64,000 nt of DNA from positions 310,001-374,000 of the forward strand of contig JBLWGC010000104.1 of assembly GCA_048772705.1 (NCBI GenBank), written 5' to 3'. A program made the position numbers and the translations under genes. The stretch comes from Leidyana gryllorum EB-2025a (lineage: Eukaryota; Protista; Apicomplexa). Of the stretch, positions 12,067 through 22,108 are shown in pieces. Under the pieces are notes generated by a model. It ran no database searches. It was not told the origin of the DNA and saw only the letters and a program-made list of their open reading frames with translations. The stretch's first letter is position 1, and each line of letters opens with the position of its first letter.

Positions 12067-12417
12067 CTAAGACTCCCTAATGCCACCGGAGGATAGGAAA
12101 ACCCGAAAGAGTAAAAGACTTACGAGCGGAATTGTGGCGGAGATCAAAATTGGTCTTGTGAAGGGTTGTGATATTCTATATAAGGTAATACCAGCGGCAA
12201 CGCAAAGCTGTACGGTCACTACCAGCGTGAAAATCCACGGCACCACCTTCTTGGTCCTTGCCCAATTTATATAAAATACCCACACGAGTGTTGGTATCAT
12301 TGCTGTGGCAGCAGTGGCCCAAGCCAGCAGAGCATAATCAGCACTCCGCAGCAAAATGGCACCCAGACCTATCCAAGCGACTGCGAAGCCCGCTGTTAAT
12401 AGGGTTGGTATGATCAT
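12067..12417 (-). CDS. Small hypothetical 4-TM membrane protein
   Basis: From MIIPTLL, four hydrophobic stretches in ~116 aa; the start codon is uncertain. Confidence 0.5.
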   Translation of the reverse strand: MIIPTLLTAGFAVAWIGLGAILLRSADYALLAWATAATAMIPTLVWVFYINWARTKKVVPWIFTLVVTVQLCVAAGITLYRISQPFTRPILISATIPLVSLLLFRVFLSSGGIRES

Positions 12418-12439
12418 CACACATGTGTTGAAACACACT

Positions 12440-12447
12440 TGCATGCA
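12440..12447. promoter_or_regulatory. TGCATGCA palindrome (known apicomplexan ApiAP2-type motif) between divergent start codons
   Basis: Exact TGCATGCA in the 32-nt gap between ATG 12417(-) and ATG 12450(+). Confidence 0.45.
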
Positions 12448-12449
12448 TA

Positions 12450-13046
12450 ATGGCCCCGACTGATCTACAAGGTCCCGATAAAATCTCCTTTGACCCCTCT
12501 TTGGTAGAAGCAGCCCGTTATTGGGCCCGCCACTACAATGGCTCTGCTGCGGATGATCAGGTTCGGATGATGTCGTCACAGATCCAATCGCGCATCCAAA
12601 ACATGCCGTTGATTGGATCGAAGAAATTTCCTGATCGTATCAGCCCAGACACAGCCCCTTCACTGTATGATGTTAACAGGCAGCAACCGGCAGTCAAACA
12701 AACCCCACACGGCCGCAGTCTGGGCTTTATCTGCCACGATCGCGGCCCCAAACCAGTTTTCGCGCCCCGGCCCGGCATGGAAGCAGAAGCTCAGAGACTC
12801 GCTCCTCAACTCGCCGCAGAAGGCATTGAATTCGGCTCACCCCTTACCAAAGAAGAGGCGGACGAGCAAGACGCTCAACAAGAACAGGAAAGTAGAGGTG
12901 GGCTCATCGATCCGACCACCGAACCCCCGATCGATACAAAGCAAGCCGAGGAATGTGCGAAATCGTTTGTTCGTCAAGCAATTGCCGATATTCGGTCACA
13001 GAGACTCAGCACGAGATATGACTGGACGCAACGAAATTTCAGCTAA
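12450..13046 (+). CDS. Hypothetical protein
   Basis: 198-aa ORF with protein-like composition (EEADEQDAQQEQE); its 3' end overlaps the convergent gene. Confidence 0.55.
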   Translation: MAPTDLQGPDKISFDPSLVEAARYWARHYNGSAADDQVRMMSSQIQSRIQNMPLIGSKKFPDRISPDTAPSLYDVNRQQPAVKQTPHGRSLGFICHDRGPKPVFAPRPGMEAEAQRLAPQLAAEGIEFGSPLTKEEADEQDAQQEQESRGGLIDPTTEPPIDTKQAEECAKSFVRQAIADIRSQRLSTRYDWTQRNFS

Positions 13047-13814
13047 ATCATTCGAGACATTATTGACACTAACTGCGCCCTCAGAACCACCCAAAGGTCG
13101 GGGGTCAATAACCTCCTCTTTCATCACTACGGGCTTCGTTCCCTCCAATGGAATTTGGGTCACAAGTTTGTTGTCATAATCCTCGCTGTAGGCGTGGCTT
13201 CCTCCTTGACTCTGCTGAACACTCGAATCGTGAAATGTTTGTCCATTGCCAACGGTAACTGGTCTCCATTGCTGGTTTTGTGGCGGCTGCTGCTGCCAAA
13301 CACTTGCTTGTGACTGCCCTCCATAAACTGGTGAACCCCCGCTGCCGGCTGCATTCAATGTTGGACCGGCCTGCTTGCCGCCGCTCCACCGTGAAGGTGA
13401 CCCGCTGCTAGACGCAGAGGAGCCGCCCAGTCCGGCTGCCGCTGAAGCTTCCCACCATTCGCTCGACGCGTCAGTTTGAGGAGTAACCGCCGCCTGGGCC
13501 ACTTGGGACAGCTGGGGAGGGTTCGGGATGAGCTGCTGAGTGTTGTTGAGTTGTGTAGAGGGGGGTTGGGGAGAGGGCGAAGGCACAGGCATCGCTACCA
13601 CGGCACTTTGGCCATAGTTGTTTGGGTTCAGATAGATAGTGTCTTGGCAGAATGGAAGCTGTGAGGGAGCCGGCGTCCTGGCACCACAGTCCTGCATTAG
13701 CGTAACTTCGACCTGAATGGGTTCAGTCTGCACAGTGCAGGTCTGACTGAGCAGATGCACTATAACACCACTCGACTTGTGCGAACGTACATGGTGGCAC
13801 CTGGGGGGGCTCAT
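12996..13814 (-). CDS. Hypothetical Q/P/S/G-rich protein
   Basis: Long ORF; likely ATG at 13814 (MSPPRCHH), preceded by AATTTTT. Confidence 0.55.
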   Translation of the reverse strand: MSPPRCHHVRSHKSSGVIVHLLSQTCTVQTEPIQVEVTLMQDCGARTPAPSQLPFCQDTIYLNPNNYGQSAVVAMPVPSPSPQPPSTQLNNTQQLIPNPPQLSQVAQAAVTPQTDASSEWWEASAAAGLGGSSASSSGSPSRWSGGKQAGPTLNAAGSGGSPVYGGQSQASVWQQQPPQNQQWRPVTVGNGQTFHDSSVQQSQGGSHAYSEDYDNKLVTQIPLEGTKPVVMKEEVIDPRPLGGSEGAVSVNNVSNDLAEISLRPVISRAESL

Positions 13815-13851
13815 ATTGGGTACAAAAATTAGGGAGTGAAGATCGATCAAC

Positions 13852-16296
13852 ATGAAGTATGACGTTGGTGGCCTATTGCCCCTCGAACCTAAAGTTGCTA
13901 GTACCCTCGACTCATTTATCACCAAAATCCGGGCTGAGACTGATGACGTCCGCTCGCAGTCTGGAAGATCATGGATTACTGACGATGACACGTCCACACA
14001 AAGTGGACACACGTGAGCAAATATGTGTCCTGCCGATCAATGTCAGCCCCTCCACCAGGATGACCAGAAGGATCTATTGGCCCGACGGCACCCTCTTCGA
14101 AGGATTTCTGAACGCCTTCGGCCGTCCTGAAGGTCGCGGAGAACTTAGAGCAGCCAACGGGGACAAGTATGTTGGCGACTGGAAAGATGGCCTCCTCCAT
14201 GGGTTTGGGAAATACGAACTCGGCCAAGGAGGGGTGTACGAAGGCCAAATCATAGATAACAGACGCAATGGGTAATCGCTCCCTCACACCCACACCCCCA
14301 CGCACATTTACATCGAGTCATTCAATTCCGCAGATACGGCCGATTAGTTTGTGCTGATGGAAGGATGTATGAAGGCCAATGGAAAGACGACAAGGTGAGT
14401 GCAACTCTAAAGCGCGCAGTGGCTATCGTCCTCACTTCAACAGCCCCATGGCGGCGGCAGATTCACTCACGTCGCGGAAGGGATTTCCTATCGCGGAGAA
14501 TGGTGTGATGGCCGAGCACACGGCAGAGGCACCTATGAGGGCAAGAACTGGGGCCGCTATACCGGCCAGTGGGCCCGGGACCGCAAGGAAGGCTTGGGCA
14601 GGGTGGAGTTTGTAGGGGGCAATTCCTATGAAGGCAATTGGGTCAATGACATGGTACAAAATTTGACTCTCCTTGCATCGAGTGATCGATCTTCAGGCCC
14701 AAGGATGGGGTCGGTATCAATGGGCCAATGGCGACATGTATGAAGGTTACTTCAAGGACGATCGATTGGATGGCGAGGGCCGGATGGTCTCAGTGGACTC
14801 TGGATGTGTCTTCACAGGCCAGTGGAAGGATAATAAGAAATCAGGGTACAAAATACTTGGGCTCGGCCGCAGTTGACCCCTCTTCCAGTCCAGGTCAGAT
14901 CCAATACGCAGACGGCGCAGTTTTTACCGGAGAATGGCAAAATGACATGGTGAGAGGGTTTGATACCTTCTGCCAGTGATCGATCGCAGCCTGAGGGACG
15001 AGGAACCTTCTTCAACCCCAATGGTATCATGTTCCGTGGTGTGTGGCGTCAAGGAGTTTTCGAATCTGCGGACAATCCTCGAGGACTGCCAGTGTGTTTA
15101 GTAGAAGGATCTAGTTATCAATTGCAGGGTAAGAGATTTGAGCACCCCTCATCATCAGCATTCATCCTCGTACCTGCAGAGGACCTGAGAGCCCAGACAG
15201 GTCCCCATCAACTGATCGACACCCGGGTGGTCGTTCCCGTACCCCCAGCTGGCGATGCATTGGCGCCGGCGAAACTACCAAGACCCAGGAAATTCGACGA
15301 GAACGACGGATTGGCTGACTATCTCGTGGAAGAGTCATCAAGGTTCACCTCCTCGGTGCAGCCTGGCGGAAATCAGATGGCTCACAAAGCGGGCTATGTC
15401 TATCATTCGCGCTTCAGCATCGAGTATTGGCCACATTCCGGTCAGAGAGGCATTGATGAGGCCAATATGCCCACCCACAGGCAGCGGGAAACTCTGGAGA
15501 CCCACCGAGAGAGACCTACCTATACGGACAAGCTCGTAGACAGCTCGCTCAACAATGTCCCACGCCCGCCCCCACTTCCACAGCAGAGTATCAAGACACA
15601 GCCAGAGTTTACGGTTCCTGAATTCACAGACATCGGACAAGCTCAGCATTCGGCCGCCACAACTGTCCCTAATAATCCTCCTAGCTCCGTCCAACAGACC
15701 GTTGAAGTTCAAAGGAATATTCCAGTGCCCGTCGAGGCTTGTATCACTCAGGAGCTCGTTTTACCCAAAGTACGTGTCAACAAGACCAGAGTTGACTACC
15801 CTGTAAGTTCACGTAACTATGAGCGCAGCACAGAGTACTGAATGCGACTATTGCATTTTCCGACTAACCTCGATCGCCTGTGTCTCCTCTTGTGTGCTCG
15901 CGTTTGCGTTTGTGTGTGCGTGTGTGAGTCTATGCAGTGTGGTGATCGTTGTCGTACGCGGATCGCGGCACACGTTTCTGCAGGTTTATTGTCCCCGAAT
16001 AGTGGAGGTACCAGTGATGATGGAGAATCTGAGTGGGGACGGGTTACAGATCTGCCGCGAGATCGATCAACAGGTATGGCTTAAATGACAACGAGTCTGT
16101 GTATCGCAAGTGGTTCGAATCTCAGGTTGCACTCCTAGAAGGAGCAATCGCAGAATCTAGAGCAATGACTGGCTGTGAATTGGAACAGCTGGTTAGCAAA
16201 CTGGGCACTTGTGCTGAGCGTATGGAGCACACTGTGCAACCTGCTGAGTTCACCATTGATTCGTTATATAGTCCGCCGTATCAGACGGTTCCCTGA
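13852..16296 (+). CDS. MORN-repeat protein with alveolin/IMC-like C-terminal motif
   Basis: ATG 13852, intron 14013-14046, then about 9 MORN repeats (YxGxWxxxxxxGxG) across short exons. The C-terminus has VEVQRNIPVPVEACITQELVLPKVRVNKTRVDYP|VYCPRIVEVPV. Confidence 0.85.
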
Positions 16297-16313
16297 CTTT
16301 TTGTGTCGGCTTC

Positions 16314-17723
16314 TTATCTGCTGGTGAGGCCAACGGCATCTCGCTCGCAGCTGAGGCTCGGTTGGATCTGCATGTGTTCGCCTCGACCTCTGGGTAAGGA
16401 GCTGCTACCATACGAGAGGCTGGTTGACGGAGCGAAAGGGGAGGTGCCACTGGCGTACTGAAAAGGTAACACCGCACTGCTGCTGCTCGTACCGAAACGT
16501 TGTTGAACCGTCGAACTGCCATGAGCGGGAGCTTCTTGGTCCTGTACTGTGTTCAGATTGCCAACAGTAGCCTCAGAGGTCCCAAAACTGGGCAGTGGAT
16601 TATCAGTGTGTTGAGTGCGCTCTCCGACATGGACCCAGGCATCATGATTTTCGGGCAACACAAACTCTGGAGTTTCCGGTCGTACAGGGGGCTCGGGTTG
16701 TTGTGTCGTCGGTATGCCCGGTACACCCCAGCCAGGCAGTACCTTCCACTCGATTCTCTGTTCTCCCACCTCCGCTGCGACCTCTGAGAGCTTATGTCGG
16801 CACGTGTTGTGGGTGCAGCAGGCACTACTGAGCCGCCGCGTCTCCTTTTCGTCCGCCACAAAGGCGTCCAAGGCGCTTCCACAAAAGGTGAGACCCAGTG
16901 TTAGGCCGTTATAGAGGAAGTGGCCGAGCCATCGGCCTGATCCGGTAAGACATTTCATCTCTGCGTGACATGGACGGTCTCTATCGGTTAAGTTGGCGAT
17001 GGAGCTGAAATGGCTCAATCCTGTTCTGATGGAATCCCGCATTCCTGGGCGTTTCTCCTCCAAGTCTTCCCCGGGCGCACTTAGGCGAGAGGGTACGTTG
17101 GAGGGGGATCGCGCCGGAGACGACAGGATTGTGCTCGGTGATCCGCTGGGCGAAGAATTCCTTGTCGAAGGCGCTTGTGTCCCGACTCTCACCATAGGCT
17201 CGGGCTCAAAGGTGGTGGGCGACGGCCTTATGAGAGAGCGCATGAGCGGTTGAGGCATGTGCGGCGACTCCGGAACTGAACTGAGGGGCATCGTTCCCAC
17301 TGATTCTACGGCAGGGAGGGCCGCTGCCCCCGAGGAGGGAGACTGCTGCCAAGACTTATTCGAAAGAGACCGATGAGAGAGTGAACGTTTGGAAGAGGCT
17401 GAGACAACTGATCTGTGCGATGGTGTCGGGGATGGTTCATGAGCCGCTGGTGTTGGCGTCATGGGCAGACTTGGCTCTGTCGACTCGCTGGGGGGGGCTG
17501 GAGATACTGGTTGTGGAAGTTGTACCTCGTCTACCTCCATGCTGGTGCCTCGGTGTACAATGTGCGATCCAGTTCCGGGGGCCCGGGCGGGTGCGAGGTT
17601 AGCAGTAGGTGTCCGAGCCCACATTTGTGACTCTTCTTTCTTCTTGGACGGCAAGCACATGCGCCTCGTCACATGCTTTTTTTTACCTATGGTGAAAGCC
17701 AAGAAGGTGCCGAGTGATAACAC
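16314..17723 (-). CDS. Hypothetical Ser/Pro-rich protein
   Basis: 469-codon open frame; start uncertain (first ATG 17660). Confidence 0.6.
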   Translation of the reverse strand: MLSLGTFLAFTIGKKKHVTRRMCLPSKKKEESQMWARTPTANLAPARAPGTGSHIVHRGTSMEVDEVQLPQPVSPAPPSESTEPSLPMTPTPAAHEPSPTPSHRSVVSASSKRSLSHRSLSNKSWQQSPSSGAAALPAVESVGTMPLSSVPESPHMPQPLMRSLIRPSPTTFEPEPMVRVGTQAPSTRNSSPSGSPSTILSSPARSPSNVPSRLSAPGEDLEEKRPGMRDSIRTGLSHFSSIANLTDRDRPCHAEMKCLTGSGRWLGHFLYNGLTLGLTFCGSALDAFVADEKETRRLSSACCTHNTCRHKLSEVAAEVGEQRIEWKVLPGWGVPGIPTTQQPEPPVRPETPEFVLPENHDAWVHVGERTQHTDNPLPSFGTSEATVGNLNTVQDQEAPAHGSSTVQQRFGTSSSSAVLPFQYASGTSPFAPSTSLSYGSSSLPRGRGEHMQIQPSLSCERDAVGLTSR

Positions 17724-17875
17724 TCTCGACAGCGGCCTGAGAGCCGGTGTTGGAGCTCTGGGGGACCTCAGCAGGAGACTGGGGAAGGCTGGAATAGCCC
17801 AGATGTCACATATGTAAGAAACACCACACTCTAATGAGGCCCCTTAACTAAACAAACGATGTTCACAGAGTCGAA

Positions 17876-18091
17876 ATGTCAACAGCTTCGATGGGAAAGT
17901 TCCGATCGACCAAAGACACCAAACCCAAGGTGGAGAGCACCACTGCCTCTGACACAAAAAGTCAGACCACAGACCAGCCAAAGACCACTCGTAAAAGCAG
18001 ACGGGCAGCTGCACGCAACACTGCAGCCTCGAAAAAGGGCAAAGCTAAGAAACCCACCAAAACTTCTCGCAAGTCTGGCAAGAAGCGATGA
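17876..18091 (+). CDS. Small Lys/Arg-rich basic protein, histone H1-like
   Basis: 71 aa, K/R/T/S/A-dominated (KKGKAKKPTKTSRKSGKKR), ATG start, fits the gap before TyrRS. Confidence 0.55.
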   Translation: MSTASMGKFRSTKDTKPKVESTTASDTKSQTTDQPKTTRKSRRAAARNTAASKKGKAKKPTKTSRKSGKKR

Positions 18092-18157
18092 CAGCCTCTC
18101 TGAACCTCCTACTTCATCCCTCCCTCCTTGTATGCTACTCAAAAACAAAACTGAAAA

Positions 18158-19770
18158 ATGGCCTCACCTTTCACCGGTGGAATTAAACTCAACGATGGCT
18201 TCCTCGTCGCTGCAGAGAAGAAGAAACAGCAGCAACAAGTCACTGACTCTGTCCCCGCGAAAGCTGTAGACTCAGCGGCTGCCGCTGAACCAACTGCACA
18301 ACAAAGTTGCTCCGAGTCACAGTCTCTACTCGTCAAGAAGGGCCTCCTGGAGGTTGTCAACCGCGGTGGACTCAAACCCATCCCCTCCAAACTATCTATT
18401 GAAGAACGGGTCCAACTTGCTCTCTCAGTCGGAGTCGAATGCGTACAACCTGATGAGCTCAAACGCCTCTTTGAAACCAAAGAACACCCCATTTGCTACG
18501 ACGGATTCGAGCCATCGGGCCGTATGCACATTGCTCAAGGCATCATGAAGGCCATCAATGTCAACAAGCTCACCGATGCTGGCTGTGTCTTTGTCTTCTG
18601 GGTCGCCGACTGGTTCGGAATGCTCAATAACAAAATGGGCGGCGATCTGCAGAAGGTGAGCAACAATCCCTCAAACAACTCGCTATACACATTTCTCACA
18701 GATTCGTAAAGTGGGCCAGTACTTTATTCATGTCTGGAAGGCTGCTGGAATGCGACTCGACAATGTTCGGTAAGCCGTTCGGCGCGCTACTGACAACTCT
18801 CTCGGCAGGTTCCTCTGGACCGCCGAAGAAATTGGCCGAGATCCAGAAGGCTACTGGCAGAGGGTGATGGACGTTGCTCAACGTAACAGCATCAGCCGTG
18901 TGAAACGGTGTGGCCAGATTATGGGCCGAACTGAGGGCGATGACCAGCCCTGCTCCCAGATCCTGTACCCCTGTATGCAGTGCAGCGATATCTTCTACAT
19001 CGGGGCTGACATTTGCCAGCTCGGGCTCGATCAGCGTAAAGTAAACATGCTCGCCAGAGGTAAGTCTAAGGCTGAGCCCGATGGGCGTCCGATGCCGTCC
19101 GGCTCGTGCTAAGCAGCGACATAAATGGCTTCTCCAGCCCTCCTTCGCTCAGCACACGCGTGTGTGCACAGGCGCGTGCTGCCATTTCCCTTCATTTACT
19201 GTGTCACCAATGTCGATCACACCTCTCTTTTGCAGAGTACGTCGACGACTGGAATGCTGCCCACAAGAAGGACTCAAAAGTCAAGTTGCGCAAACCGGTG
19301 GTGTTGTCGCATGGTATGCTCCCTGGACTCCTGGAGGGTCAAAGCAAGATGTCGAAATCGGATCCGGAGAGCGCAATCTTCATGGAGGACAGCCCAGAGG
19401 ACGTGAGGCGGAAGATCAAAAGGGCTTTCTGTCCGCCTGGGGTGCTTGAGGACAACCCTGTGGTTGCCTACATTGAGCAGCTGGTGTTCGGACGCTTGGG
19501 ATCATTCGAGATCAAGCGCTCCGAAGAGAATGGGGGAGATGTGAAGTTCAGTGATGTCGAGTCGTTCAAAAAGGCATATGCCTCGGGTGATCTGCACCCC
19601 GGTGATGTGAAGCCTGCGTTGGCGTCCGCGCTGAACGAGCTCTTGCAGCCAGTGCGGGATCATTTTGTGGTAAGTTATGGTACTATGTGTCCGTATCCGA
19701 GGGTTTTCAGAACGATCCCGAAGCGAAAGCGTTGCTGGCAGAGATCCGGTCGTATAAAATCACCCGATAA
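18158..19770 (+). CDS. YARS: Tyrosyl-tRNA synthetase (cytosolic)
   Basis: YDGFEPSGRMHIAQG, YPCMQCSD, LGLDQRKVN, KMSKSDP, LHPGDVK. Introns 18656-18701, 18770-18808, 19060-19235, 19670-19710. Confidence 0.96.
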
Positions 19771-19880
19771 AAATTATTTTAGTTGTAGAAAAAGTGTGTG
19801 TGAACAACCTACGAGTACAACAGCGTGGAATACGTTGGACATTCGAAGTATTACGAAAAAGTGACTGAAATTTGGTGTCC

Positions 19881-22049
19881 ATGAGGGTTTTGAGCTTTCT
19901 GGCAGCCTGTGTGGGCCTTCTCTTTACTGCGCAAGCGGACAGTCCTGTCGAAGGGCCCGTGATTGGTATCGATTTGGGTACCACGTACTCTTGCGTTGCC
20001 ATATACAAAAAAGGTCGTGTGGATATCATCCCCAATGACCAAGGAAACCGTATCACCCCTTCCTACGTCGCATACACTCCGACCGGAGAACGTCTCATCG
20101 GTGAAGCGGCCAAGAACCAGGCCACTCTCTACCCCGCTGAGACCATCTTCGATGTCAAGCGTCTGATCGGTCGTCGGTTTAGCGAAGAATCCGTACAGAA
20201 GGACATGAAGCTGCTCCCCTACGAGTTGGTGAACCGTGAAGGCAAGCCCCAGATCCGTGTGACTGTCGGTGACGAGAAGAAAATCATGGCCCCGGAGGAA
20301 GTGAGCGCCATCGTTCTCGGAAGAATGAAGGAAATTGCCGAGACTCACCTGGGCAAAGAAGTCAAGAACGCCGTGGTCACCGTGCCTGCCTACTTCAATG
20401 ACGCACAACGTCAGGCTACCAAGGACGCAGGTACGATCGCCGGGCTGAATGTGATCCGTATCATCAATGAGCCTACCGCTGCCGCTATTGCCTACGGTTT
20501 GGACAAGAAGGGGGCTGAACAGAACATCCTGGTCTACGATCTGGGTGGTGGTACCTTCGATGTGTCTCTCTTGACCATCGACAACGGTGTCTTCGAAGTC
20601 GTTGCCACCAATGGTGATACTCACTTGGGTGGTGAAGACTTCGACCAACGTGTCATGGACCACTTTATCAAACTCACCAAGAAGAAACACAACAAGGACA
20701 TCCGCTCCGACAAGAAGGCTCTTCAGAAACTCCGTCGCGAAGTCGAGAAGGCCAAACGTGACCTCTCATCAACTCACCAGACCACTTTGACCATTGAGAA
20801 CTTGCTGGAAGGCTTCGATTTTGAGGAGTCTCTCACTCGTGCCAAGTTTGAGGAGCTTTGCGCTGAGTTGTTCCAGAAGACCCTGAAGCCGGTGAAGAAG
20901 GTTCTAGAAGATGCCGACATGTCCAAAGACCAAGTTGATGAGATTGTGCTGGTCGGTGGTTCCACTCGTATCCCCAAGATCCAGTCTTTGATCCGTGATT
21001 TCTTCAATGGCAAGGAACTGAACCGCGGTATCAACCCCGATGAAGCCGTTGCCTATGGTGCTGCTGTCCAAGCCGGTATCCTCTCTGGCGAGTCGGATGA
21101 CAAGGATATGGTTCTCCTCGATGTCACCCCGTTGACCCTTGGTATCGAGACCGTCGGCGGAGTCATGTCTAAGCTCATCAAGAGAAACACTGTCATCCCT
21201 ACCACCAAAAGCTCCATGTTCTCCACTCACGTGGACAACCAACCCGGTGTCCTCATCCAAGTGTTCGAGGGCGAACGTGCCATGACAAAGGATAACCATC
21301 TTTTGGGCAAGTTTGACCTTAAGGATATCCCTCCCGCCCCTCGTGGAATGCCTCAAATCGAGGTCACCTTCTCCATCGATGCCAATGGTATCCTGAGTGT
21401 CCAAGCCGAGGACAAGGGTACCGGCAAGTCCGAGAAGATCAAGATCACCAACGACAAGGGCCGCCTCACTCCAGAGGAGATTGAGCGCATGATCAAGTAA
21501 GTTGGTTGCACCCGCTCAGTGGTGGGCTCGCGTGTGTGTGCGCGCGCGCGATTGTGTGTGTTTGGGCCCGGTGTCTCGGTCAAGGATCCTCCTTGCTCCA
21601 CGCTGCCCTGGCCACAGGGCTGCGTCTGGAGATGCTTGTGAGAGGGCTGGGGCTATCTGTGCTTTCGTGTGTCTCTGTCGTCAACTTTCTGACATTTTTG
21701 TGTTCGTAGGGAGGCTAAGGAGTTCGCTGACCAAGATGCTGCTGTGAAGGAGCGTGTGGAGGCTCGTTCCGGTTTCGATTTTTACCTTGCGGCTTTGAAA
21801 CGGCAGGTAGAAGACAGCGACAAGCTTGGTGGCAAACTTGAGGAGGATGATGTCAGCACCATCAAGGACGCTGTCCGTGACGGTGAAGACTGGCTGAACG
21901 ACAACCAGGATGCAGAAGCTGATGAAATCAAAGAGAAGCAAAAGGAGATTGAGACTATTGTGAATCCCATCATTGAGAAATTCTATAAGGGAGCCGGGGG
22001 CGCGGGTCCAGATGACAATGACGATGATGACCTGCATGATGAGCTCTAG
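19881..22049 (+). CDS. BiP: ER Hsp70 chaperone BiP/GRP78
   Basis: Signal peptide, [29 protein letters not shown]-terminal HDEL. Intron 21497-21709. Confidence 0.98.
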
Positions 22050-22108
22050 ACGTGTCACAGTGTCTGATTAGTCAAATAGTATGGGGGTGTGCTCTTCGCT
22101 GACTAGAA

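Noticed and set aside
12067-12417. Resemblance of the small TM protein to Bax-inhibitor/TMBIM
   Set aside because: Too short (4 TM) and lacks the C-terminal di-aspartate region; the similarity is only hydrophobic pattern.
19851-21404. Long antisense ORFs opposite BiP
   Set aside because: Well-known Hsp70 antisense-frame artefact, often mis-annotated as NAD-glutamate dehydrogenase.
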